DNA of 64,000 nt from Candidatus Poribacteria bacterium (GCA_965242965.1 OZ251518.1:4416001-4480000); one strand, 5' to 3'. Shown: positions 51,807 to 62,978, counted from the first letter of the stretch. A program made the numbers and translations. The notes: generated by a model not told the origin, from the letters alone.

Positions 51807-54182
51807 CTACTTTGATTTCAACGCGCTCCAGCGCGTCGCCAGTTTACCGCGCGCGGCGACATGTCCTTTCAACCGTATCGTGCCTATTGCCTGACGCTCA
51901 CCACCCAACGAAACCTCCTCTAACCGGTAATAGTAGATGACGTTCGGCTTGGCAGAGGTGTCTGTCCACGTGTAGGTGTGCTTTTCACCTGACGTGCCAG
52001 TCCCGGGAATAAGCGCGGGAGTGACTCGGATAAACGCGCTGTCCCGCGCTGTGCTACGCAGGATATTGAATCCCGCGGTATCCACCTCTGATGCGGTGGC
52101 CCAGGTGAGCACCACCCCTGCATCGGTGCGCGCCGAACGGAAATGTGACAACACCACAGGCAATGGCCCACCTGTGCGATACCCGGGGGTGCCGATATCT
52201 GTCGACAGCCCATAATAAGTTCCAACCGCTAGCGAGACAGATGCCGCGCTCACCCAACTCTCGGCGGCGGTGCCAAGCAGCGGCGCGCCTGCTTGATACT
52301 GCCGCAGCATCGACGCACGCCGCCCATCAACTGTCTCATCAGATGGCACCTCCCACGCAGGCGTATCTTTTGTGCGACGCTCCCCATCTAAATTGCCCAC
52401 CTAGTCGATGAGCGTTCCCGCCGTATTATATAACTTCAGCGAGAACCCCGCCGCATTCAATACATCATTGCGACGCGCCCGCTGGTCGAAGGCATTTGGA
52501 TGCTCAAAGTAGAGGTTGTAGAGTTTTCCTTCTGGGAATTGCCCGGATGTCTCACCGCGCCAGGTGACGAACAGCACCGTCTGATTCGGCAACACCGTAA
52601 ACGGCTTCAGCGAGACAGTTTCGTGCCGATGCCGCCGCGCGTTTTCTACGTCCAGCGACTCCACCTCCAGATGCCAGCCTTCCAGATTCACTGCCGCTGT
52701 TCGAGAACTATTGTAGAGTTCTATCCACTGCGGCGCGGAGCGACGGCCCACCTTGTTAGGCAACATCAACTCACTGATGCTGAGCGTGCCAATGGGCACT
52801 TGTCGCGTGACAGCAGTGTTTGCATACCCGGGTGTGCCGAGGCTCGTGGCCGGGTTTGCATGCAGCCGGTACCCGAGGCCGCCCTGGTATCCAGCGGCTG
52901 TCCATGCAGAGGCGAGGTATCCACGGGTATCCTCGTCGGTGCGCTGCCAGACTTCGCCTACTGTGAAAGGTGGCGCATCGCTGGCAGACAGCGTGTCTTG
53001 AAGGGGCCACACCTGTGTGTCGTTATCAAAGTCCCAGGCGGTGCGGAAGTAATTGCCTGCGACATCTTCAAACGCGGCTGGCTGGCCATTTTTATCGGTA
53101 GCACTGCGCAGCAGCAACAGATAGCGCGTTGCAGGCAATCTCAATTGTTCCGCGACGAGATAGCGATGCTGTGCGCCTTTTTTCCCTGTGCCTGCCTCAA
53201 TGTTTATGCCACCCGCCAGGGCGGTCTGACTCGGTGCAGTGTTGACGATGAGAAGGACTTCTCCAGCCGGGAGGATGTATTCGGGAAAGGTGACGATATC
53301 GGCATCATGCGTGTCTGCGTCAACAATGCTCACTTCCCAGTTAGCGAGGGATAGAGCTGCATCGCTGATGTTTCGCACCTCCAGCCAGTCATCTCTGTCG
53401 TCTTGCGCATTGCAAATCTCGTTGAAAAGCAGCCGATTCATGGCAACAATAGATGGACGCGGCTCGCGGACGTAGAACAGGTACCGCTCTCCCGCGAGCG
53501 ATAGACTTTTCCCTTCGTCTCCATAAAGGAATCCCTGCCCTGTGTGAGGATTGCGTAGGATTCCATCGACAAGGCTCACTTCTGAGTCTTCCACCAGTTT
53601 TCCGTAGACAAACTCCCAGTGCGAGGACCCGTTGCCGATGTAGCGATTGGCGAATGCCCGTTTCGGAACCGGATCGTCGCCTGTCAAGATTTCAATGTAA
53701 GGTCTTTGTTCGGGGAGAGCAGTGGGGTCGGCGAGGCGCACGAAGTCTTCGCTAAAAGTTATCCGCAGTTGCACTGCTTCACCGGCAGCATACGTCGGTG
53801 TCGCCTCTGGTGGGACAACGCCGAACGCTTCTTGGACGACAGGTTCAGCAGCCTGTCCTTCTGGAACAACCGCACGTTCTTCTATAAAACGATCATCTGG
53901 GACAGTTCCTCCAGCTGCTGGGACTAGAGTGCCAAGAGGATCATCACGTTCCAGGATTCCATCTCGCAGTGTCCCTGTGGTAGTCGTGCCATCCGCGGGA
54001 TAATAGACGTGAATAGTCTGCTCTTCCTCTTCGTAGGGGTTCACGGGCTCATCTAAGTCAATACTATAGATGAATACCACCTGCGTGGCCTGAGCCGGGA
54101 AGATCGGTTGCATTAACACGACTCCTCCCGTGAGGAGCACCAGAACTAAACGGGTAAGCATTGAAAACGTATTTTTCAGCAT
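51807..54182 (-). pseudogene. Secreted lamin-tail-domain protein interrupted by an in-frame TAG (52401-52403)
   Basis: ORFs 52401-54182 and 51807-52400 are contiguous in frame. LID*VGNLDGERRTKD aligns with KIDEVGNIDDNRRTDD of the 8255-12939 paralogue. Confidence 0.8.
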
Positions 54183-54210
54183 GAGAGATATCTCCTTTCT
54201 GTAGTAAACT

Positions 54211-54982
54211 GAGGGTGTTTCATAAATCGCTCAACGTCGTGGGGAAACCCGCTCGGATGCGCGTGTGGCATCCGAGGGCCCCGCGCTACGATGAAAAAAT
54301 GGTTCTTGAGCTATCGCGGGGGACAGGCCCCCGCGCTACGATAAAAAAACGCCACCCCCGCACCGTAGGGCGAGGGCCTGTCCCTCGCCATCGTTCAATC
54401 TCCACGCTGATTCTGTAGTTCAGGATCGCCTGATCCTGAACTGTTTGCGATCAGGCGATCGCAAACTACAGAGGTGGGCCCGAGGCGCGCCCGGTAGGCG
54501 AGACCTCCTGGTCTCGATGCAATAGGGCGGCGCGCCGCCCGAGGCCGCGGCGGCAGAAAGCCTCTTCATCGTAGGGCGAGGGCCCTCGCAGGTTTCCCTC
54601 GTCATCGTTTTGCCGCCAAACCTCCTCACCTCTGTAGGTCAAGATCGCCTGATCTTGACCCGTTTGTGATCAGGCGATCACAAACTACAGAGGGGAAACA
54701 CATCGTGACGATAGAGATCGCGGGGGACAGGCCCCCGCGCTACGATGAAAAAAACGCTATCCCCTTATCGTAGGGCGAGGGCCTGTCCCTCGCCATGCCT
54801 AGGTCTACCGAACGATCGCGGGGGACAGGCCCCCGCGCTACGGTAAAAAAAACAGTTCTTGAGCCATCGCGGGGGAAACCCGCTCGGATGCGCGTCTGGC
54901 ATCCGAGGGCCCCCGCGCTACGGGAACATCGAGACCGGGAGGGCTCTCCTACCGGGAAGAAATCGACTTATGAAACACCCTC
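54211..54982. mobile_element. MITE-like element (772 bp) with 15-bp TIRs and 8-bp target duplication, filled with REP palindromes
   Basis: AGTAAACT-[GAGGGTGTTTCATAA ... TTATGAAACACCCTC]-AGTAAACT; no transposase ORF. Confidence 0.88.
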
Positions 54983-55185
54983 AGTAAACTTGCTTACAGT
55001 TCTTGTTAAGGGTTATTGTGTTCATTTCCGGATAGGTAGGAGAAACCTCCTGGTCTCGATGCCCTTTTGGTAGGCGCGCCCGCGGATTGAAACCCCTGCA
55101 CCATCGGACATGGATGGGCCGCCTACCGGAGAAAATGGCGTTCTCACCCAGCTCCCTAATAAGGCGAGCGGGTTCCGCTTGCACG

Positions 55186-56529
55186 CTAGGAGAGTTGCCC
55201 TAAACTCGCGGTGCTATCGCCTAATTGCGGTAAATGGACATCCATGCGATTGAGCAAGGATAGCCACAGATTGTTCAGCGGTGTCTCCTTTGGATACCGG
55301 ATATGTCGCCCACTTTTCAGGGTGTCGCAACCGTTACCTGCCAGCAAAATCGGCAAGTCGTGGTGACTGTGGCGATTGCCATCTGCGTTTCCACTGCCGT
55401 AGACAACCATGGAATGATCGAGCAGTGAACCTTCGCCTTCCGGGGTTGCGTCCATTTTTTCCAACAGGTATGCCAACTGCTGCGTATGGAATATGTTAAT
55501 CTGGCAGATTTTCGCCTTCTTCTCTTCATCGCCGCCGTGATGCGAAAGATCGTGGTGTCCCTCAGAGACGTTGATAAACGGATACGGCTTGTTACTCCCT
55601 TCATTTGCCAACACAAAAGTGACGATGCGCGTGACATCCGCCTGAAAAGCAAGGACAATTAGATCCATCATGAGTCGCAGATGCGCCTGATAATCCGCTG
55701 GGATTTCGGCAGGGACGGCGTAATCCGGCGTTTCTATCGGCGGAAACTTTTCAACGGCATCGATGCGGCGTTCAATGTCTCGAATCGCGGTGAAGTATTC
55801 GTCAAGTTTGCGGACATCGTTGCCGCTGACGTGGCGGAGCAAATCTTTTGAATCCTGTCTCACAAAATCAAGAATGCTTTTGCGTTCTCCATCGCGCTGT
55901 TGCCTTTGCGAATCTTGCATAGAGGTAAAGAGGCGTTCAAAGGCGAGTTTTGGATGCACCTCTTTCGGGAGCGGTTGCGTGGCGGAACGCCAAGAGAGCG
56001 TTGAGGAATAAACGCAGCTATACCCAGAATCGCAATTGCCTGCTTTTCTCCCCGGGTCGATGCCGAGTTCAAGCGAGGGGAGCCGTGTGCGATTGCCGAT
56101 ATGGGCAGCGGCGGCCTGATCGACCGAGGTACCAGCGTGGATGTCGGCACCGTCGGTTTTACGAGGTTGCGCGCCGGTAAGGAATGCCGCCATCGCTCGC
56201 GCGTGGTCTCCGCCGCCATCGCCGTTTGCGCGCGCCTTATCCGCTGTGAGCCCACTCAGCACCAGCGTTTTCTCTTTCACCTGTTCCAACGGTTGCAAGA
56301 TAGCGGTGAGTTCATAGTCGCTTCCCACCTGCGCCGGTGTCCAGTCAGCCATATTTTTCCCATTCGGCACGTAAAGGAACGCCATCCGATTGGGGGCTGT
56401 TTGCACGCTAGGTGCGGGCGCGTTCGCCCATGCCGTTATGGGCCCCATCGCTTCCAGCCACGGGACGGCAATGCTCACGCCGAGCCCGCGCAAAAAGGTT
56501 CTACGTGAAAGGTGTTTTGATGTGTTCAC
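55186..56529 (-). CDS. DUF1552 domain protein
   Basis: Tat-like SRRTFLRG, YVPNG, CDSGYSCVY, EGHHDLSHH, H.H.DLP. Confidence 0.88.
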   Translation of the reverse strand: MNTSKHLSRRTFLRGLGVSIAVPWLEAMGPITAWANAPAPSVQTAPNRMAFLYVPNGKNMADWTPAQVGSDYELTAILQPLEQVKEKTLVLSGLTADKARANGDGGGDHARAMAAFLTGAQPRKTDGADIHAGTSVDQAAAAHIGNRTRLPSLELGIDPGRKAGNCDSGYSCVYSSTLSWRSATQPLPKEVHPKLAFERLFTSMQDSQRQQRDGERKSILDFVRQDSKDLLRHVSGNDVRKLDEYFTAIRDIERRIDAVEKFPPIETPDYAVPAEIPADYQAHLRLMMDLIVLAFQADVTRIVTFVLANEGSNKPYPFINVSEGHHDLSHHGGDEEKKAKICQINIFHTQQLAYLLEKMDATPEGEGSLLDHSMVVYGSGNADGNRHSHHDLPILLAGNGCDTLKSGRHIRYPKETPLNNLWLSLLNRMDVHLPQLGDSTASLGQLS

Positions 56530-59018
56530 GGTCTCTCCTTCGTGCCGCGTCGTAACCGAAACGGCTCGCTTTTGACGATTTCTGTTATCAGCACAGAGCT
56601 GCGGTAATCCTGCGCTTCTAGCTGCGCGACAATCCTGTCAAGCGTCATCCGGTCGTAGTAGGCTAAGCCTCTGCCCAACGCATACGTCAACATTTTCTCT
56701 GCAAGACTGCGCACAAAACGTGCTTTCCTATTTTTGAGAATCTCCTTCAGGTCAGCGATGCCTTGGAACGATGTGCCATCTGGCAGTGTAGCGGTTGTAT
56801 CAATCTCAATGTCCCCGTCCTTCGTCCGGAACGCACCGATAGCATTGTAGTTTTCGAGTGCGAAGCCGAGTGCATCCATTTGTGCATGGCAGTTGGCGCA
56901 CCCCGGGTCTTTTCGGTGTTGCTCAAGCCGTTCTCGCAAAGTTGTCCCGCTCACCGTCTCATGCTCCTCGGCGAGTTCCGGAACATCCGGTGGAGGCGGC
57001 GGTGGCGGGGAACCGAGCACCTGTTCTAAAACCCAGCGGCCCCTTTTGACTGGGGAGGTGCGGGTAGGATTTGAGGTAACTGTCAGGACGCTTGCATGTG
57101 TCAAGATTCCGCCGCGCGAGCGACTTTGCAAGGCGACGCGCCGAAACGCATCTCCCCGAATTTTTTCACCGCCGGGACGGCTCACCGGGTGCCCCATCCA
57201 ATTCCCTTGTGTATCCACAATACCGTAATGGTTCGCTAACGGCTGATTGAGAAAGGTGTAGTCGGCATCCAGCAACTCCAAGAGACTTCTGTCCTCACGG
57301 AAAATGGAGTCTAGAAAGAATTCGGTCTCCTGCAACATCGCCTGCCGCAATTTGCGGGTAAACGTTGGAAAACGCGCCGGATCTGGTGCGACAGTGCCAA
57401 GCCGTTGGATTTGCAGCCATTGTGTCCCAAAGTTGCGTGCCAATTCCGATGCCCTCGGGTCTGCCAGCATCCGCTTAACTTGCGCATCAAGGTTGGCAGT
57501 CAGCTGCTCTTCCTCAGCGAGCGCGAGGAGTTCATCGTCTGGCATGCTACTCCATAAGAAGTAAGACAGCCGCGAGGCAAGCTGGAACTCGTCAATCGGA
57601 TAGGGGCCTGAGACAGTTTTCCCCAGTGCCTCTAACTCCCAGCGAAAGAGGAACTTCGGTGAACAGAGAACGACTTTAATCGCCGCTTGGATGCTTGCCT
57701 CCCACTTCTCTCCATCGGCTTGGATGGCTTCGGCAAACTGCACGAGGTTTTCGACTTCTTCCTGCGTCGGCACTCTGCGATACGCGCGGCGCAACAGACG
57801 GCCCAGCACTTCACGCGTCTGTGCGGCTTGCGGAAGGTTCGGCGTGCATGCCAAGATTTTGTGATGCGAGGCAGGCCGCGTATCAAGCGGCCCCTTTGAG
57901 CCGAGCCTATGAATTCGGAGTTTGGCTGTCGGTTCACCCGCGGCAGGTTTCACCATCGCAATGCCTGCCTTTTCGACATGTGCGATACGGCTCACAAGCG
58001 TTTCAATCGTCTGCGGCTGCTTCGGGTTGCGAGCGGTAATCTCAAAGGTTTCCAAAATTTTGATGCCGTTGTCCTTTGTCAAGTCAACGCCGACAAGTTG
58101 TCCCAGTTCCTCTACGGTAGAAACCTCCTCCAATGCCTCACCTTGAACAAACAGAGCAACCTTGACAGGGGTTTGCTCATCAGTTAGTGGAGTTTGCCTG
58201 AGCTCCTCTTCAACTGAAAGCACTGCGCGGTAGATGACTTCAGCATCGGCAACAAACTTGAGATACGCGCCGCCTGTGGTAAAAGGGCCCGTTTTCCATG
58301 CGACATCGGCAGTCGAATCCAGCAGACGGAAGCGGGTCTCGGGTATATCCTTGTGCCTCGGATCCAACCGCCGCACGTTTTGGTAGCGTGTTACAGGTGG
58401 CGGCGCATCTACCAAGATAACGCGCGATGCAATCATCTCTGCCGCTCTCAGGTAGGCTTCCATTAAGAGGGGAGAGAGACTCAATACGTCACCGATAGTG
58501 TCAAATCCGTATCCGATACCGTCGGCAGGGAAATTTTGCGTGGCATCGAAGTCAACACCGAGCAGGTCGCGGACAGTGTTTCTATATTCAACTTTATTGA
58601 GTCGGCGGACGGTAATTCGCCCCGGGTCTGGCGGCACCGCCTGCTCGGCACGTTCAAAAATCGCTTCAATATATTGAACAAACGACTCCACTTCTACTAT
58701 CGCCGGTTGCTCGCTATCATGGGGCGGCATTTGGCTGGTGGTTACCATGTCCAAGACAAGTTCCCAGACATCCCAATTCTCAATCAACGCGAGGTTATCC
58801 GAGTTCGGGTTTGCAAGTTGTTCAGAAAGTGAATCAAGCGGCAGATCAGCGGCAGGTTGCTCGCCGGCGTGGCAGGAGAGGCAGTATTGCTCCAAGAAGT
58901 AGGCATCCGCTTGTGCAAAGTCAGGTGCGGCATCGGCCCACAGGGTGGAGAGGGTTGGAACAAGTGCCACCATCCAGATGAAACAGAGGCTTGGTAAGGC
59001 ATAATGGCGTGGTGTCAT
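56526..59018 (-). CDS. DUF1592/DUF1588/DUF1585 planctomycete-type cytochrome c domain protein
   Basis: CLSCH and CANCH haem motifs, RRLNKVEY, SRLSYFLWSSMPD, RTSPVKRG, YALGR; GGAGG RBS. Confidence 0.88.
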   Translation of the reverse strand: MTPRHYALPSLCFIWMVALVPTLSTLWADAAPDFAQADAYFLEQYCLSCHAGEQPAADLPLDSLSEQLANPNSDNLALIENWDVWELVLDMVTTSQMPPHDSEQPAIVEVESFVQYIEAIFERAEQAVPPDPGRITVRRLNKVEYRNTVRDLLGVDFDATQNFPADGIGYGFDTIGDVLSLSPLLMEAYLRAAEMIASRVILVDAPPPVTRYQNVRRLDPRHKDIPETRFRLLDSTADVAWKTGPFTTGGAYLKFVADAEVIYRAVLSVEEELRQTPLTDEQTPVKVALFVQGEALEEVSTVEELGQLVGVDLTKDNGIKILETFEITARNPKQPQTIETLVSRIAHVEKAGIAMVKPAAGEPTAKLRIHRLGSKGPLDTRPASHHKILACTPNLPQAAQTREVLGRLLRRAYRRVPTQEEVENLVQFAEAIQADGEKWEASIQAAIKVVLCSPKFLFRWELEALGKTVSGPYPIDEFQLASRLSYFLWSSMPDDELLALAEEEQLTANLDAQVKRMLADPRASELARNFGTQWLQIQRLGTVAPDPARFPTFTRKLRQAMLQETEFFLDSIFREDRSLLELLDADYTFLNQPLANHYGIVDTQGNWMGHPVSRPGGEKIRGDAFRRVALQSRSRGGILTHASVLTVTSNPTRTSPVKRGRWVLEQVLGSPPPPPPPDVPELAEEHETVSGTTLRERLEQHRKDPGCANCHAQMDALGFALENYNAIGAFRTKDGDIEIDTTATLPDGTSFQGIADLKEILKNRKARFVRSLAEKMLTYALGRGLAYYDRMTLDRIVAQLEAQDYRSSVLITEIVKSEPFRLRRGTKERP

Positions 59019-59079
59019 GGATGTATTTCCTCCGCGAGATGAACTGCACGACAAGCCAAAAAGAAGTTTCACTGAAAAA

Positions 59080-59152
<73 letters not shown>

Positions 59153-59191
59153 TTATTGGAGATACACGAAAAGCGAAAACTTATAGAGAGA

Positions 59192-59263
59192 CTCCCCCAG
59201 ACGGACTCGAACCGCCGACACGGTGGTTAACAGCCACCTGCTCTACCACTGAGCTATGGGGGA
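59192..59263 (-). tRNA. tRNA-Asn (GTT), second copy
   Basis: Same sequence with a D-loop one nt shorter; CCA not encoded. Confidence 0.95.
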
Positions 59264-59335
59264 TTGTTAGTCTTAATTATACCCTATCTCGCACTGAAAT
59301 GCAAATAAATATGCGAGATAGGGAAAAAACGATTT

Positions 59336-59641
59336 TTAAGCGAGTCGCTTCCGCAGCAACCGCCGCAAGTCAAACCTGCCCTGAGAAACACCCCAGATGA
59401 TGCCGGCAATGAGGAATGCCCACGCACCACACCATTGAACATGACCGAGGATACTCCAAGTTGTTTCTGCGAGTTCCGTGTAACGTCCGTCCATGTGGCG
59501 CTCATGAAGCGCGCCCACAGTGTTGCGAGCAATAAAACTCACCCCCCGCATCCATAAGAAGCCCGCGACGACTCCCAAGAAAACTCTCAGCAACAGAATT
59601 CCAGCGAACCGAAGCGCGGCTTTGAAGTTCTGCATCAACAT
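59336..59641 (-). CDS. Hypothetical membrane protein
   Basis: GGAGGT RBS, two hydrophobic segments. Confidence 0.6.
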   Translation of the reverse strand: MLMQNFKAALRFAGILLLRVFLGVVAGFLWMRGVSFIARNTVGALHERHMDGRYTELAETTWSILGHVQWCGAWAFLIAGIIWGVSQGRFDLRRLLRKRLA

Positions 59642-59761
59642 GAGTTTTCACCTCCCGATTTTTCGTTAACGGTAATTCACGAGGCGTTCATTATTAATTA
59701 TACACGTTTTTGCACTGAAATGCAAATTAAAACGCGCTTTTTTTCAAAAAAACGGTATTTT

Positions 59762-62095
59762 TTAAGGTTTCGCCGAAAATATCTGAATTTTGTCACCCGA
59801 TTTTGCTACCACACTTCGCGCTGGGATGACGAAACCTTCATGCTCAAAAGCCGCCTCTCCGAAGTTCGCTAACAATTCAACGGCATTCCCAAACTCGGTG
59901 CGTTGGACAAATCTGTCGGGGCTCAGCCATTCAAAATCTGTCATCGCCTTTCCGCCGATTTTTCGGTGAAGCGGCGAGAAAAACGCGTAGTGTCTTTTGA
60001 TGCGCGCGGCCTGCTTTTCAAACGCCGCCAGATTCAGATGATACAACGGCGGCACGTTATAGAGCAATTCCAACAGAGTCAGGTTCTCCGCCGCCTCCCG
60101 AAACTTTAGACTGCTAGCGAGCCAATGATTCGTCGTTATCAGCGAATCATGAAACACCGTTTGATAGAGCGGCAACCGAAACCTCGGGTCAAAATAGAGA
60201 TGCAGATAGCGTTGTTTGAGAGGCACCTGCTTGACAAAAATTGCGGGTGCTTCAGGCGGCCAGTAGCCGCCGATGTAGTAGGGTGAATCTTTCGCCTTCA
60301 TGTCCGCATCACCCCATCCGATGACAGGTGTCATCATTCCGTGTGCGAAGTGGAGAGTCGCCGCGGCATAGGCGGCACCTCCTTCCGAACCGACTACCTT
60401 ATGATGCGTATCCCGAATCCACGCCATTCGCTTTAACCGTGCCTGCATGTCATCAAGTTGCGTCGCCGGATGTTCCGCCGAATAATCGTCAAAGAGTTCG
60501 CCGTATGCATCGCAATCGATGAACCACGAATTGAACGGCGTTGGCATTTGCGCGACGATGGCGTTCACCCGCTTTTCAACGAACGGTTGCGCCACCAAGG
60601 GGCTTAAATGATACCCTTTCTGCTGAAACCCTCTGTTTTTTGTGCCATCAGCGTTGACAATCGCGCCGCGTTCGTAAAGTGCCAAATCAAACTGCGCCGT
60701 TTCCCATGTCTCCGGCTCCTGTGGATGATGGATGCTGTGATAGGAATCGTAGGGGCCTATCAGATAGCCGAGCTCTTTTGCCTTTGCGACAGCGACAGGG
60801 TGGCGAAACCCTTCCTGCCACGAATCCACGCCGAGCCAGAGCCGGTCCAACCCATTTTCGGTGAATCTCTCCAAGAGTTTCAGGGAGAGTCCGCCTCCCC
60901 ATTCATCTGGATGCCGAAGTTCATCAGGAAATATCGCGTAGAAGAGAAGACTGTTGATACGGCAAACTTCCGTGAACGAAAGGGATGCAACGTCTTTCGC
61001 GAGTAATGTTTCCGCTTCCAGTGGAAGAGATGTCTCAGATTTTTGGACGCGCGCGGACAAACGCTGTGTTGTCTCGTGCGTCTCTAACAGTTCGCTCAAA
61101 GCACGACAGACAACCCGTTGCGCGTAGGGGTCCGGCAGTCCCTCCTTCACGGCTTGCTGCGCTTCCGGATTTAGTTGTTCCCAGAGCTCCTTCTCCACGT
61201 AGGAGAGACCTCCCGGTCTCGATGATGTTTCTCTATTTAGCTTTGCCGCGAATGCCTGTCTGTCGGTTATATCGTATCGGCTGAGGAGCGAACCGCCCCA
61301 CAGATAGATATGCGCCGCACCGAGCAGCTTCTCAGCCGCCGGTAGTTTCGCGACTTTTTCAGCAAAGGTGACGAATTCCGCATTTTGCATCAGCCAGCGT
61401 CGATAGTATTTCGCCGGTGCGACAGGCGATGCTTCGCCCAACGCAATCCGCACGCCGTAAACTTTCCGCTCCCAATTGGGCATAAACGCATGCGAGAGTT
61501 GCATACCCAAGCCAGATTCCATCGTTGCCCTGAAGGCCGCCCTGAAGGAAATTCGGTTATTGAACGGATTCGTCAAAATATAGGTAAGCGTCCATTCGCC
61601 GAAATCTACGCCCCAAAACGGCATTGCGAGTCCCGCTGTGGTATTTATCTGCCCTTGTTCGGACAAGAAGTCTTGCCACAATTTGTCATCTTTCGGGACA
61701 TAACTTCCCTCAAAAAACGGGAGCATGTAGCCGTGAAGTGCGGGCGTGTCCGGAATTATCGGCCACGTCAAATTCCCCGCTGTCGCCGAGACGAATTCAA
61801 CAGCGAGGGATGCGTCAATCAATTCAACGCTGACGGTGAGGGATGCTTCTGGCAGTTCCCAACTCGCCCGGTTTTCGTGTTGGACGAGTGCGGTTACGTT
61901 TCCGAGTCCGGTTTGTCCTTTTGAAATTGGCACCGTCGGTTTGCCTGTCGGGCGCGCGAGGACTTCAAGCGATTGCGGCGCGATTTCAACAGTCCATTTC
62001 TCATTGCTCAGCCGAACGATTTCGGGAGTAGCACTGAAACCGATTGCATGCATCAGAAACACCCCGATACACATCCCATATTTTGCGATGCGCAA
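59762..62095 (-). CDS. Putative secreted glycoside hydrolase (GH129-like)
   Basis: TTG start after GAGGT, signal peptide, GYLIGPYDSYH, NSWFIDCDAYGE, VGSEGG, RLPLYQTVFHDS. Family assignment is from remembered motifs only. Confidence 0.65.
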   Translation of the reverse strand: MRIAKYGMCIGVFLMHAIGFSATPEIVRLSNEKWTVEIAPQSLEVLARPTGKPTVPISKGQTGLGNVTALVQHENRASWELPEASLTVSVELIDASLAVEFVSATAGNLTWPIIPDTPALHGYMLPFFEGSYVPKDDKLWQDFLSEQGQINTTAGLAMPFWGVDFGEWTLTYILTNPFNNRISFRAAFRATMESGLGMQLSHAFMPNWERKVYGVRIALGEASPVAPAKYYRRWLMQNAEFVTFAEKVAKLPAAEKLLGAAHIYLWGGSLLSRYDITDRQAFAAKLNRETSSRPGGLSYVEKELWEQLNPEAQQAVKEGLPDPYAQRVVCRALSELLETHETTQRLSARVQKSETSLPLEAETLLAKDVASLSFTEVCRINSLLFYAIFPDELRHPDEWGGGLSLKLLERFTENGLDRLWLGVDSWQEGFRHPVAVAKAKELGYLIGPYDSYHSIHHPQEPETWETAQFDLALYERGAIVNADGTKNRGFQQKGYHLSPLVAQPFVEKRVNAIVAQMPTPFNSWFIDCDAYGELFDDYSAEHPATQLDDMQARLKRMAWIRDTHHKVVGSEGGAAYAAATLHFAHGMMTPVIGWGDADMKAKDSPYYIGGYWPPEAPAIFVKQVPLKQRYLHLYFDPRFRLPLYQTVFHDSLITTNHWLASSLKFREAAENLTLLELLYNVPPLYHLNLAAFEKQAARIKRHYAFFSPLHRKIGGKAMTDFEWLSPDRFVQRTEFGNAVELLANFGEAAFEHEGFVIPARSVVAKSGDKIQIFSAKP

Positions 62096-62100
62096 ATCGC

Positions 62101-62859
62101 TTACCTCGCTAATTCTTCCCACAAGGCGCGATAATAGTTCATCACGCGTACTGCATCGGAACTTCCCGCGATTTCTGCCAAGCAGTAGCCGGCATAGCCG
62201 GAATCTCTCAATGACGTGAACAGCTCCCGCCACGGATACTCGCGCCGATGCAACTCGGTGATATGCACCAAGCCGATTCTGCCTTTCACGAGGTTGAAAT
62301 TATGCTGAATCGTGCCGTTTTCCACCTCGCCGAAGTTAGAATTCCAGCAGACGTAAACGTTGCCGTGGTCTGCCACATCAAGGATAGTCCGAATGTGCGG
62401 CAATTCCGATGTGCCGCCGCCATGCACCTCAAGGCGAATCTGCACACCGAGGTTTGCTGCGAATTCGGCACACTCGCGCAGGGAAAGTCCGATTTGCTCC
62501 AGCGTCTTTTCTACCGGCACCTCTTTGGGGAGCCCGTTTGGACGAACCTTCACCCCGGGCGCGCCGACATCCGCTGCCAACTGCGAGTAAACCTTCGTCC
62601 CCTCTATATTCTGCCGCACCACCTCTGCATCGACGGCATGGTAGTCAAACGCTGAACCTAACCCCGCAATCTCAATGGGCGAATCGGCGAACTGTTGTTT
62701 CACGGCGGCGCGCTCGCTCGCCGAGAGTTCTACCTCAACGCCGTGCGCATGCGTCGTCCGCAATTCAACGCCCGCGAACCCCGTTTCCACGCACCGTTCG
62801 ATGATGGTAGGAATATCCCAATCTTTCGCCATGTTATAGGTAACCAAACCGAGTTTCAT
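62101..62859 (-). CDS. Sugar phosphate isomerase/epimerase (xylose isomerase-like TIM barrel)
   Basis: GFAGVELR, LEVHG, VHI, GY.G..LAE; AAGGAG RBS. Confidence 0.82.
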   Translation of the reverse strand: MKLGLVTYNMAKDWDIPTIIERCVETGFAGVELRTTHAHGVEVELSASERAAVKQQFADSPIEIAGLGSAFDYHAVDAEVVRQNIEGTKVYSQLAADVGAPGVKVRPNGLPKEVPVEKTLEQIGLSLRECAEFAANLGVQIRLEVHGGGTSELPHIRTILDVADHGNVYVCWNSNFGEVENGTIQHNFNLVKGRIGLVHITELHRREYPWRELFTSLRDSGYAGYCLAEIAGSSDAVRVMNYYRALWEELAR

Positions 62860-62978
62860 AAATGCTCCTTTTTTTCTATTAGGCTTCGCAAACGCGCTCA
62901 TTTTCCACCGGCAGGCGCGGGTTACAACCGCGCACGGACGAGATGGCGCGCTTTGCGAGTGCCTACAACGTGTCCTAT

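Noticed and set aside
52401-52403. Pyrrolysine or genome-wide TAG recoding
   Set aside because: TAG is the normal stop of many genes here (pup, ppdK, rtcB, metH) and no pyl genes are visible.
55068-55130. GCGCGCCCGCGGATTGAAAC, similar to the 3' end of CRISPR repeats
   Set aside because: Single copy with no array; it lies in a GGTAGGCG..CGCCTACC stem-loop.
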